Shown: positions 15,405 through 26,983 of the stretch, in pieces
Position numbering within the stretch: the stretch's first letter is position 1
How the letters are laid out: each line of letters begins with the position of its first letter
Assembly: GCA_963693365.1 (NCBI GenBank)
Contig: CAVNZM010000002.1
Location: forward strand, 3,798,259 to 3,862,258
Direction of reading: 5' to 3'
DNA: 64,000 bases
Source: Amoebidium appalachense
Lineage: Eukaryota; Protista; Ichthyosporea
Position numbers and translations under genes: made by a program
The notes under the pieces: model-generated
What the model saw: only the letters and a program-made list of their open reading frames with translations
Databases searched by the model: none
Told to the model about the DNA's origin: nothing

Positions 15405-17405
15405 CTATTCTACACGTGCTCTCTTGAACTTGGCCCGATTAGCCTCAATCTCTGCCTTGCGGGTTCCCTTCTTAAAGTTGGGGTCGTACTTGGGGCAAAT
15501 TGGTGACCCCCCAAAGTGCCCCTTCTGCTTGCAGGAGTGGCATTCGAATTTGAGGGCCGGGCACGTCTTGCCTTCGGCGTGGCTGCCGTACTTGCACCCA
15601 CGGTTGCAGGGGGTGGTGCCCATGCGCGAAAAAATAGACGGCTTCTCGCTGGCACCAGATCCACCACCGGGTTGCTGTTTTGTGGGGGGTTTCTGTGTTA
15701 GAATGGTGGATGGGGTTCGTGTGTGCCTGTCTCTTTCTTTTTCTGCGAGATAGGCAACAACGCCAGACAGGGTCAATTCTTCTTCTTTTCGTGTTTGTCT
15801 GAGTTGATATTTGCGAAATGCTTGTTCGTCTTCCCCACCCAATCGGTGAGACAAATCCAAAATTTGGTGTGCCTCAGACTTAAGGGGGTACACACGTGCC
15901 CACAAACGCGCATGCCTGCTTGCAAATTCGGCCACCTTTTGCTTGCCTTGTTTGAGTGCATTTAATTCGGCACTGAGTGCCTCTTGCACACGCTGGTCGT
16001 GAAATTTCGTAACTAGTGCATGTGCAAATGCATCAAACGTGAGTTCTCCCTGTGTCCTGGTAAAATTCGTGTACCACACACGGGCGGGGGAAGCAAGAGG
16101 AAAGCACTGCACCGCCCAGCGAACAGCAAGTGTGGGGGGGACCCCTGCAATGCAAAACATCTGCTGGGAAAATTCGTGCAGCCATTCAATCACCGTGCAT
16201 TTATCCTGCAAGTCACCCTTGTATTCTGGTAGTTTCAATGCAGCCAAGATGGGGCCGTATTCGGATGCATGCAACTGGCGGAGAGGGTGCAACCACAGTT
16301 TTTCGTGCTCTGCAAAGTGCTTGTTCAATATAGACCCAGCCTTACCTCCTGAGCCTGTGCTGACATCAGAGCCTCTCGGGCGACTTGGCGTGCCTGCCAG
16401 TCCACCTGCAGACGCCAGAGGGGATCCTGCAAGGGGGATTTCGTTAAATACGGGTGCTTTAGGCTGGTCGAAGTGATCTTCTTCATGCACTTTCGCAGTC
16501 ATGTGTTCGTTTTCGTTTGTGGGTGTGTCTTCGTAACTTTGTTCGTGTTTTTCTTCATTTTCAGCATCAGAATCAGTGTAGCTGAGTGTGCGCGCAAGCA
16601 CATCCTTATATGTAAATTTAGTGGGGGGTGCGGGAGGTGCAATTACCTTGGGATCAGTGCACCCAGATGGGACCGGGGACAAAGGCTTCTTGCCTGTGGT
16701 GGGTGGGGGAGGACGGGGGGTGGTGGGCACCGTCGTATTTTTCACACGTGCCTCAGCCACCAACTGTGCTTCCCGCTCCAACTCAGACCATTTCGCGGAC
16801 GTGCACAACATTCTAGACAGTGTGGTGTCTTCCATCTGCGAAATCTCACTGTAAATCTGCGCGACATCAGCTTCGAGGTCCATCACAGGCCGCCCAGCAT
16901 CGATTGCAGTTTGAATGGCACGTCTCAGAGTTTCAATACGATAGAACTTGGAGAGAACACGGCCCCGCACCTCTGCCAGAGCTGTGGCAGTGTCCCGGTC
17001 TTGTTTCGTTTTTTCCTTCGTTGCTACTTGAAGTTCGTTCGTGTGTTTGTTGGTGTTCGTGTGTTCGTTGGTGTTCGTATGTTCGTTGGTTTTCGTGTGT
17101 TCGTTGCGCTTCGTTTTGTCTTTGGGTTTCGTGCTTTCGTTGGGCTTCGTTTGTTCGTTGCCAGTGGGCTTCGTAGTTGCCTTTGTGTTCGTGTGTGTGT
17201 TGGGTTTTGTGATCGTGTTCGGTTTCTGGGGAGCACGAGGCTGTGTAGGGGGAGGGGTGGGGAGTGTTTTCGTGCCCTGCCCCGGAGTCTTGGCTTTCTT
17301 CTGCGTTGGGGGCGGCGGTTTGACTGCGGTAGGCTTCTTGGTGTCACGTGTCAGTTTGCTTTCATTGTCCGAGAGTACAGGGTAGTCGTCAAATTCGCCC
17401 GCCAT
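15405..17405 (-). CDS. gag: Gypsy Gag, 666 aa
   Basis: ATG ~50 nt after the 5' LTR; retrotransposon capsid-like core (ARVWY...LVTKF...LKQGKQKVAEF); Cys/His knuckles CNRGCKYGSHAEGKTC and CHSCKQKGHFGGSPIC. Confidence 0.92.
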   Translation of the reverse strand: MAGEFDDYPVLSDNESKLTRDTKKPTAVKPPPPTQKKAKTPGQGTKTLPTPPPTQPRAPQKPNTITKPNTHTNTKATTKPTGNEQTKPNESTKPKDKTKRNEHTKTNEHTNTNEHTNTNKHTNELQVATKEKTKQDRDTATALAEVRGRVLSKFYRIETLRRAIQTAIDAGRPVMDLEADVAQIYSEISQMEDTTLSRMLCTSAKWSELEREAQLVAEARVKNTTVPTTPRPPPPTTGKKPLSPVPSGCTDPKVIAPPAPPTKFTYKDVLARTLSYTDSDAENEEKHEQSYEDTPTNENEHMTAKVHEEDHFDQPKAPVFNEIPLAGSPLASAGGLAGTPSRPRGSDVSTGSGGKAGSILNKHFAEHEKLWLHPLRQLHASEYGPILAALKLPEYKGDLQDKCTVIEWLHEFSQQMFCIAGVPPTLAVRWAVQCFPLASPARVWYTNFTRTQGELTFDAFAHALVTKFHDQRVQEALSAELNALKQGKQKVAEFASRHARLWARVYPLKSEAHQILDLSHRLGGEDEQAFRKYQLRQTRKEEELTLSGVVAYLAEKERDRHTRTPSTILTQKPPTKQQPGGGSGASEKPSIFSRMGTTPCNRGCKYGSHAEGKTCPALKFECHSCKQKGHFGGSPICPKYDPNFKKGTRKAEIEANRAKFKRARVE

Positions 17406-17440
17406 GGTTGAAGAGATTCTTGAAAGATGTGAGATTCTGG

Positions 17441-17456
17441 AACTGCGCGGTCGCCA
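17441..17456 (-). promoter_or_regulatory. Primer binding site TGGCGACCGCGCAGTT
   Basis: TGG start 1 nt inside the 5' LTR; identical to the PBS of element B (39445-39460). Cognate tRNA not identified. Confidence 0.85.
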
Positions 17457-17457
17457 A

Positions 17458-18067
17458 TGTAAACAGTTGAACTAGTTGGGATAAGGCAGAGAACAACTGA
17501 ATCAGAATAAAGACAGAGAACGGGTAGTAAGGCACACGCGGCCAGGTTACTATTTAATGTGCTCGTTCAGAGTGATCCCCCGTACTGGGACGGCTTGTTT
17601 ATATAGCCCCCAGGTTCCGGATCATCTGGATGGGTGGCATTGATGCCTTCGTGACTTCTGACCAGTCAGAAGAGTGCGGTCGTCTTTATGTGCACACAGT
17701 GCACCAATAACATGAAGCTAACTAAAAGGATAACTTTGTGGCAAATGATTGGTCAATACTTAAGCCCGTTTAGGTTTATGCAACTGGGCCTGATTTCCTT
17801 ATTGGTTCCGTTCGTTTAGCTATAGATGTCGCCTCCGTAGTGGATGAGACTTGCATTCCTATCCTAGCGGTTCTCGAATTCTATTGGTTCATACTGACTG
17901 CACGGCCACTGCATATTGCCGGCGCCGCGGCTCAGTCGTGAGCCGCAGCCCGCGGCTGTCGCGTGTGATATTGATCTGATCATATGTACACAATATCTAC
18001 GTGATCACTATGATATGTACAGTATATTCGTAATAGTAAACATGTACGGCGTGTACAGATGTTTACA
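17458..18067 (-). repeat. 5' LTR of Gypsy A
   Basis: 610 bp, TG...CA, next to the PBS. Confidence 0.95.
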
Positions 18068-18350
18068 CTAGCAGCTTATGATTGTTGGATGGTAAACATT
18101 TTTTTTCTTAGCTAAGTGAGCTTTAGAAACTTTCAGAACGCCGTCCAACTCCATAATGACCGTCGTAGGCGCCCGGCAGGCTCTCCCACCTACCGAACGT
18201 TTTCGTTTTGACGGTCAACAGCCTTCCATGCAGCAACATGTACAATCGAAAAACATCGCCTTAGACTAAGCGCAACACCTATTCACAATACATTACCCAT
18301 TTAAAATAACACCACACCACTCCGTAGAAACACAATCATTGATAACAACC

Positions 18351-19340
18351 ATGCCGAAACTTTCGGTTGATACAGTACTGGCAGAACTTGCCCTCGTTAA
18401 GAAACAGCTAGATGAGCGCCGGCTAGCTGTTACCACTCAAGAACATGATAGAAAAACTCCAAACAGAAAATACCCAACTCAAGCTCACGATTGATTCACT
18501 CACAGCCCAGCTAAACATTAGTGGATCGCAAAACCCCAAAACTCATGAGCAAACATCTCGCGATGGAGACATTTCCACCCCAACACAAAACAACACAGGA
18601 CCGGAAGCACAGCTCCCGGCAGAGTTCCTAGAATATGTGAACTCTCGTAAAACACCCGAGCTCCGCCAAATTGCCAAGGAAACTTATGCCAGCATTCTTG
18701 CAGGCAACGAGTACCGCCGCAACTCCCCTCCCAAACCGCCGGCTAAGGGGAACACCCAAGCAAACGGTAACATCAACATCCCACCCAAATACGAGAGGGT
18801 GTATTTCAAAGTCAAGCACGGCTGACGCCCACACAGGGCCATGTGGTCCATCTTCAAGGCTCTCGGCTTCCGGTGCTCTCGCATCCTTTGTCTGTCCTTC
18901 ATTGGATACGATGTGCTGGAAGTAGCAGTACGCCGGGGCGACTATAACCGTGCGTTCATCCGTGACGCGACAAAGGCCCGGTGTGGAAGCTCCTTCACCC
19001 ACCTCCCAAGCTACGACCCATGCGCGCCGGAAAACATTCAGAAAGCAGACAAAGAACGTAAAGTGTCTGCTAAGAATGCGTGCGCCACACGTTGTCGTGT
19101 ACGCATCAGCAAGGCAAAAGAGTTCCTCGCAAAGTTGGAAAACGATGCTACGAGCGTGATAGACATGGACACGAAGGAACCAATGTTTTCTGGTGAGAAA
19201 CTGCTCGAGCGCAAACGCCGATGCGAGATGGAAATCGAGCACTTCTGCGAACTGCTCGCGCTGGCGGAAGGTCGTGCATACGACCCCGTAAGCGACAAGT
19301 GGGAACCAACGACCAACCCCACAGGTGTCGGACCAAACCG
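18351..19340 (+). pseudogene. LINE ORF1, decayed
   Basis: ATG 18351; coiled coil; frameshift at ~18440; in-frame TGA at 18823. The RVYFK...LGFRCSRILCLSFIGYDVLEVAV...YDP block resembles ORF1 of fungal-type LINEs (from memory). Directly precedes an APE domain. Confidence 0.65.
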
Positions 19341-20065
19341 ATGCCTAATTTATCCTTCTTCTTCTGGAATGCTCCGACACTGGGCCCCCAAAAGGGCCTC
19401 CCCCCCGGGACACTCGACGATAAAATCAGCTACATACAACAACAGACAAACAACCACACGTTTACAGTGATTTGCGAAACACAGTTTAAAAACCACCACA
19501 AATTCAACTCTACATTGGTCGACACATCCACACACCCCGGTTACGCAAAAAACCGAGGCATTATTGTACTTGCCGCACCACACGTGAGAGTGAAGTGCAA
19601 ACCGCTAGCAAAAACGGAATTCTCGGTTTCTATAGAGTTTGTTTCTAATGTTTTTACTTTTGTATATTGCCCACCATCTATGTCGGTTGCCGAATTGACT
19701 CACGAGTTGTCACAGTTACCAATGTCCACTGTTATTTTAGGTGAATTTAACACGCAACTCCACAACACACACACTGCAAGTGACTGTCGGGTACCCATCT
19801 AAGCCCCCGGAGCGTGCTATCCCTTTAGCAAGGTATGTCCAAAGTCACACTTTGCGGTTCCCTCAAATATCCCATGCCCACAACACCAACTGGGGAGTGG
19901 CCTTTTGGCCATCAACCATGTCAAAACTCTCTCTCCCTCCTAACCTCTCTAGGTCATCTGACCACTCTCCTATCCTTTTCCTACCTAAGATCTCCCTTGA
20001 TCTGCTCCCCCCTCCTCCTCCCACCTTTCGCCTCCGTCTATCCCAGCTTAAGTCACAGTGGGGTA
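19341..20065 (+). pseudogene. LINE ORF2 N-terminus: AP-endonuclease domain, 3'-truncated
   Basis: Motifs FWN, ICET, VYCPP, ILGEFN (GDFN variant) and SDH; frameshift at ~19795; no RT follows in this orientation. Confidence 0.85.
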
Positions 20066-20113
20066 GAGTTGATGTATGTGTATGCTATGCAACGAAACAC
20101 CCTATATATATGC

Positions 20114-20309
20114 GGGGTTTACGCTGTTTACTCGAGGCAAAGAGAACCAGTCTCAGGTATGGGGGGGGGGGGGTTTGCTCGGAATATCCCCTCAGCGGTA
20201 TATCATGATCACGTACATAGATGTCGGGTGGTGACTATATATCAGGGTTTACTTTCTCTACGAGACACCATAAAGACTACAAGGAGAAATCAATTAGTTG
20301 GGGTTCCCC

Positions 20310-20349
<40 letters not shown>

Positions 20350-20381
20350 GGGCTCCCCTCGGGACACTCGGTATCAGCTGG

Positions 20382-20452
<71 letters not shown>

Positions 20453-22904
20453 TGCGCTATAATTTTGTAGTGATGTGTTTCTCAAGCCAATCAATACATC
20501 TAATAAACAGGTCGTAGTTACGCGTGTTTAGTATAAAATCAAGGATCATGTTGTAATTTACAGGTAGGCTATCTTTCTGGGTGTCTGTTGTGAATGTGAC
20601 GTGTGTGTGTTGCGGTATTATGTGGTCTATCAAACTACATTTGGCGATACATGACCGGTTAAACTGGTGTGTGTGTGTGTTGTTTGGGCATGCAAATGAT
20701 GCCACCTTATACTTATTAGATCTCCACTGTATAGCACGTGTACAGTAAAAGCGTGGTAATTGATCAATAATACCATCAGCTAGAGAAAGACCAGTTCTAC
20801 AGGAAGGTAATATGTATTTAGGTGTTATACACTTGCGAGTGCCATATTTGGCAATATGGTTGAGGCGGTCAGTATATATAAAACGAGACATAAGGCTTAG
20901 TTTTTCAAGGTGTATGCTTTCATCGGGTCTAGTGTCGTGTGGTATCTTTTTCCATTTGTTATATTGCGTGATTATCTTGTGATTGTGTACATGTTTAATA
21001 AGTAAGTGGCAGTCCAAAGTCACACACACACTATTGCGGGGTTTATTTGTATTTGTGCCCAGGGGAGAAGGGGAGAGAGAGGGGAGGAAAGAGGGGAGAG
21101 GTGAGGAGGGGACAGGTCGGATAGAGAAGAGAGGGTGGGAGGGCAAATACTTCTTTAAGCGGCTTATGTGCTTATTGAATTTCAGCGCGAGATAGGATAC
21201 TCTAGCAGCTATTGGGACCAGACCATATATCGAGAGCGTTACAGGCCCAGGTTTACAACAGTTGTTAGATAGAAAGGAGGCAACTTCTGCTTCAAGGAAA
21301 TTTGCCAAGGGTTTAAGCGCTCTAGTTCTCTCTTTCTTGATCCAAGCGGCGAGAAGGGGTAAACCATATTCACATGCCGGGAAGACAAAAGTGCGAATAA
21401 ATGTAAGTCTAATAGAAGGATGGAGGGGTGTGTCTTTAAAAATATTAGCCGAGAAGAAAGCTAACCGCTTACGAGCCAACTCTACCCTCTTTTCGACCAT
21501 ATGGGGAAACATAACACCAACAGAATCAACCGGAACACCAAGATATTTGTATTCTGGAACTATAGGTACAGGTTTAGATGATAATGTAAATGTGTGTAAA
21601 TTGTTAGCTATATCAGGTACAAGAACACCACATTTGTCTATGTTAAGGATCATAAGGTTTGCCTTGCACCACTCTGACACTACATCGAACAATCTTTGCA
21701 GGCGTCTAGGGGTACGGGCAAGGAGGGACAGGACAGATCATCAGCATAGAGAAGTGCAGGCGGAAAGTTATTAATAGGGTCATCGTTTTCGGCGTAAATC
21801 TTGACAGCCAAATCATCTATAAATAGGTTAAACAAAAAGGGGCTAAGCAATGAACCCTGCAAGAGACCTCTAGTACGAGCAAAACCATATGAAAGATGCC
21901 CATTAACCACAGCTCTACCATAGGTTTGAGACAAGAGTGCTTCTAACAGAACACCAATGCAGTGTGGTACACCCCGTGCAGCAAGCTTTTCCCATAGGAG
22001 ACCAGGGGAGACAGAATCGTAAGCAGTTTTCCAATCAATAAAGCCAACATATTGTGCACCAACTTGCATAGAATCGTGCAGTGCCATTATTTGAACATAA
22101 CATGAATTGTTTTTACGAAAAGCGGATTGGCATGGGTGTATGTGAAGAATAGATTGAAACCTAGGGTGATGTGCAAATAACCTAAGTAAGCAAGCTTCAA
22201 AGAATCTACGAACAACCTGGGTTAGTGTAATGGGGCGAAAGGATGATATGGGGCCCTCAGAGTCCTTCTTAACTATGGGGATCACTAAGGTATCTAACCA
22301 AGATGACGGGACATGTCCACATTTAACACACCAAGAAAAGAGAGAGCTTAACATGATAGTAAGATCAGGTTTAATAGCACGATCACTTTCCTTTTGTGGG
22401 TAGGAGGGAACAAGGATTTTAAGAAACCCAGCAGGGAGTCCATCAGGTCCACAAGACTTACTAGAGCTATAACTAGATATCACAGACCATATGGCATCGG
22501 GACTGAAAAAGGGGAGGATCGATTCTATGGGGATAGATGGGTCTACAGGCCACACAATAGGTTTCTGAGCGGGGGTCCTATCTTTAAACAGTTCCGAGAA
22601 ATACTTATCAGAGTCTATGAGGGGGTCTCCAGTGGTATCACCAATAATACGAGCAGGGGGGCCAAATCGATTCATACTAGCAAGCCGGCGCAAGCTTTCC
22701 TTTTGAGACAGGGGTTCACCTAGTCTAGCGGGAGTGGTGTTTGGTAACAAGAGAGCATCGGCCTATTAGAATCTGCACAAGCCAGACCAGATTCACATCT
22801 CGTACTAGATACATGCACTAACTTTATTGTTGATGATTTAATAGATCTCGGTGATTATGCTGGTGGTGGTAGGAAGGAATATCCCGATGCTCTCTTGTTA
22901 CCAA
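20114..22904 (-). mobile_element. 5'-truncated, 5'-inverted LINE (copy 1)
   Basis: RT ORF, then (CA)n, A35 tract (20311-20345) and a 197-nt tail; GGGGTTTAC at both 20114-20122 and 22905-22913; inverted 5' segment at 22762-22904. Confidence 0.9.
20457..22761 (-). pseudogene. LINE ORF2 RT domain and C-terminus (copy 1)
   Basis: GPDG, FRPITL, QSAFR, FIDWKTAYDSV, GLLQGSLLSPFLFN, YADD, YKYLG. A 5-bp duplication (gacag, ~21727-21736) frameshifts just after YADD. Confidence 0.93.
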
Positions 22905-22949
22905 GGGGTTTACACACTTTTTATTGCGTGGACACTGCCGGAGGCCCAG
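22905..22949 (+). repeat. 45-bp dispersed repeat (second copy 31623-31667); target site of LINE copy 1
   Basis: ggggtttacacactttttattgcgtggaca(c/t)tgccggaggcccag, 44/45 identical. Confidence 0.9.
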
Positions 22950-23104
22950 GGGCGAAGACTTCCCCCGTTTTTTGGGCACAAGGACCTCACGGATCAATAA
23001 ATTGATGACTGGGGGCTTGCCGTGGTTTACAACCATTGCAAGTTCACTTTCGCCCAAGGGGATGTCCCCCTAGAGGCAACACACGTCCCGGAGTAGTTTT
23101 TCAT

Positions 23105-23590
23105 AGAAAACGTGAATAATGATATATACCAGAGTGCACTGGAGTAACCTACAATAAACGTATTTACCGTTCACGTGGTTCCGAAGGCCGCCCTGGTTTT
23201 TTTCGCTATAGCTGGCCCCGTTCCAGCTGTGCACGCGTGGGCCGATCGTGCCAAAGGTATGTGCTACGTCATAGGGAGTCGAATTCCAATGACTCATCTA
23301 AAGGAATGTTATCGAGGGCACTTTTTTCTCAGCTCCGAATATCTGCCGATAGGTTGCCGGCCGCTCAATTCCATAACCTCCGATAGCCCCAGATCACCGC
23401 GAGCCACCGCGGCGGCACCCCAGGGTAGCCGCGAATCCAGCCAATCACGAATTCTGTCCACTTGCCATACGATTATCTCCGATCGGTTTTCGGTCCTCAA
23501 TCCGCAGATAATCGGGGTTAAATGAGTCAAAATGAGCCAACGGGCGCGGCGATTATCTGCGGGTACGGGGGGGTGTTTTTCGCAGAGTAG
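23105..23590. repeat. Dispersed ~500-bp repeat rich in GATAATC/GATTATC, TGACTCA, TACGTCA and CACGTG motifs
   Basis: Collinear diverged copy at ~30135-30650; inverted partial copy at ~26225-26265. Confidence 0.8.
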
Positions 23591-26500
23591 ACACGCATGA
23601 TGCATGCGCAAGTGGGCAAGACAGGCAAAGAGGGACACGGACCTGTGCGTAAATGGCAGTCGCCTGTATTGCACACTCGGTAGCGCGAAGTAGATGTCAA
23701 ACAAGACAGGGAGAGAATTGGCGCCCTAGGAATGAGGACCGTCGTGGCGGACTATATAGGCTAGGTGGGGGGGTCTATCAGGATGAGGGGGGCTCTAGTG
23801 TGTGGGGTATCTCCCGTATATCTCGCTCATACAATCGACATTTTATGTGACCAGTGATGCCTGACAGCGTTTGGAAGCTTAACCACTTTAACTCCACCGC
23901 GGCCTATATTGTAATTTCGAGGTGTGAAGTTATGGCGCGAAAACGGGCAGTTAGCCACTGGAAAAGTTGAAAATATATATATTACCCATAAATATTGATA
24001 ATTTTTGGTTATAGAAGTGCTTTGTACGTGTTTTTGTTATTTTTCTATGGGTTGGTTTCTCTATATAAAGACGATCGGTAAATATAGTTTGGTTTTTCGG
24101 AATGCCTTATCGTGTGTGCTTCCACGTTGGGTTCAAAGCAACGTGCGAGCGAGCAGACTCTCTGATTCGTCCGCAACATCTTGAGTGACTTGTGCGAGTC
24201 TATCTGCTGATTGGACGCAAGGAAAGAGGACAAACTTTGCGCATGCTGAAGTCACAAGTTGCCATCGCGTGATCAAGCAGACAACATGCATAGGTCTACA
24301 TTTTCATGTCTACTGGTTTGCCGGGTGCTTCGTTCTCCTTTTTTGTTTTTCTTTTCTCTTTCCTTTTCTTTCTTTTTTTTTTCCCTGTTGTTCTTTCAGT
24401 TTTCGTAAGTTTATCAGATCATAATATAGTGCGTGGCCCGTACATGTCGAGGTTGTTCATTCCATATCCCACCAACAAGATGTAGAACGTTGCCCAAGAC
24501 GATCTGATCATTCGTGACATTGCAGACAGGCTGGCAAAAGCACTATGTTTAGCAAGAAAATCGTAATGATTGTGTTTGTTTATTATTACTTGTGCTGTTT
24601 ATAGATTTTATTTTCTTATTCACTGTTTACCTTTGTGTTTTAGGCATGTGGCACCTTATGCATGGATCTGATTACGGCAACGTCCACACGATAGTGCACA
24701 GCTCGAGCTTTATAAAGCTATAAAGATACAGTATGACCAATCGTTAGGCTCCAAGACAACCGGCCAGGCGCCTATAGCTACCTTCCACATGCTCTCACCG
24801 AAAATCACAAGCACCGCAGCGTCCATGGCCAAGGCTAGCATTCTGTCTGTCCATGGGGCATAGTCGTAAATTCGTTTTGTAAAAGTGCAAAAACCCCATT
24901 TTGGGCCTTGCATGGCATGCCTTGGGCATAAGGATTGATATTGGATCCACTTGGATGAAGTAAAGATGCACGTAAAGATGCATGGAGCTATGATTTCTGT
25001 AATTTTGGCATCTTTTGAGGTACTCTTATCACTGATAACACATGTTGCTCATTGCTTTTTGTGCAAAAAAGCACGTTATCCCACGAGCACGTGCACCCTT
25101 GTGTTCATTCTATTTCGTGCCGTTTTTCCCGGGATTTACCGCACTTTTCAGATCATTTAGCTTGTGCGCACACCGTGGTTAAGATCACTACCTGACGATC
25201 ACTAGAGTCGTGTGTTTTCCTTCAGTCTGAACAGCCGTCGTTTGCGCAAACTACGTGTATATACCCAATCACGATATATTTCAACATGTACATCTGGAAG
25301 AATCTGATCTATGTCTGCTTCTGGCTCTTGCTCGACTCTGCTTACATGTTTTGCTTTTATGTTTTGTACCCACGTGAGGTCATCGGCACTGCAGCCCGCC
25401 CACGTGTGGACGTAAGGGGATGGCTTGGAGGTTTGCCTGTCCCTGACATATACACTGTGACGCCCCCCCCCCTACCCCTAGTATGCATCCACATGCTAAT
25501 ATGTTTGCACCCACGTACTAGCCTTATCCATGTGTGAGGACACACACTATCCTTCTCTTGTGCGCTTAACATGTGACGTAGATATACATCAAGTCACCCC
25601 AGACACGGAAGCCTTCCCAGATCAATAAACATCACAATGTAAATGGGGCTTCCGGGACCTGGCGTCCTCAGTCTTTTCCTTGTCCAAAACATAGTTCTTG
25701 TCAACAAAAGCTGTGACCATCCGTCCCCCATCCGACTTTTATCCGTGTTCGAATTCCGATGGCATATTTCCATTATCCCATCACATTTCGATGTCGCACT
25801 GGTTGTGGGTGAGCGATATGATTGGCTAGACTTATTCCATTCATCGAAGGAATGCACTAAAGAATTCCCGTTCACCAACAGGTGGCTTACGAATCCGATT
25901 AGCCTTGAAGTAACTTCCACAGTGTAATTTGGGTAGTAAAACTCACTTATTTATGCATATAATTATATAAAAGCCTCGGAATAGGCAAAAAAAGAAGTCA
26001 TTACGTGAGCTATACTGTACCGGAAAGACCCAGGTGACGGTTACCAAGCCTTCAAGGTCCAGAACTTGGAACGTTGTGCCGCATTCCTGTTGTGGTAAAC
26101 GCATCTACGTATAGCTCCTACGAAAGGTAGCCCTACGTGTCGTAGCGAGAAAACTCTGCCAGGGGGTATTTATGATTGGTCCAGATCGAATCCGGTTCGA
26201 TCAGATTAGCCATATAAGGAAACTGCCTCTGCGGAAAACTACCCCCCGTACCCGCAGATAATCCGAAGCGGCATGTAGCGAAATCTGTGGGTAATCGGGA
26301 GATAAATTGTACCACACTTTTTGATCTGCCGATAATCGACGGAAGGGTAGAAACTAGCCGGCGCACGCGACACATTGACCGCGACCTTCGATAATCGCAC
26401 GATCACATTCGGGCTCGTGCGCTTTTCGCGGGCTCATGATTGTAATCGGATGATGGAATGTCGCACCACACTTCGCCGACCAATCGAAAACCAACTTTGT

Positions 26501-26931
26501 ACAAAATGGGGGCTATGCTGAATGTGCGCCTCCGGGCTTGGAGTCATGAGGTTCCCGACGGCCGCTCTACTGTACAGTTTGAGCTTGTCCTGAAGTGAGA
26601 GTCGGTTGATGATGGAAAGGAGGAAAAGTTGGTCGTTATTATTTTTAGTGTGCGAACTAGCAGAGTATGGGGTCACTTAAATGGCTTAGGGGTGCGGCGT
26701 GCAATTTTAGAATAAGGGCCGACAGATCATTTTTCTAGAGGTAGAGAGAATGAGGGAGTCCAAGGCGTGAGTGCTCCTGGTCGTCACGCCTCTATACTTC
26801 TACCGTCGAGAAAGGTATTGAACATACCAAAAGCATGTTCCTAGTTCTCTGCTTGTATACAACTTCACGTATAGTCTGCCTAGGGTAGGGTGACGAAAAG
26901 TGGTACACAAGCTCGCGCACACACTTGCACG

Positions 26932-26983
<52 letters not shown>

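Larger units (their letters stand above)
9054..18067 (-). mobile_element. Ty3/Gypsy LTR retrotransposon with chromodomain integrase (element A), full length, disrupted
   Basis: Two 610-bp LTRs TGTAAAC...GTTTACA; TSD CTAGC (9049-9053 and 18068-18072); PBS and PPT; gag-PR-RT-RH-IN-chromodomain order. Confidence 0.97.

Noticed and set aside
12921-17411. Plus-strand ORFs antisense to Gypsy gag/pol (198, 255 and 312 aa) and LTR-internal ORFs at 39005-39658 and 41983-42429
   Set aside because: Shadow frames of the coding strand or LTR sequence, with no domain signatures.
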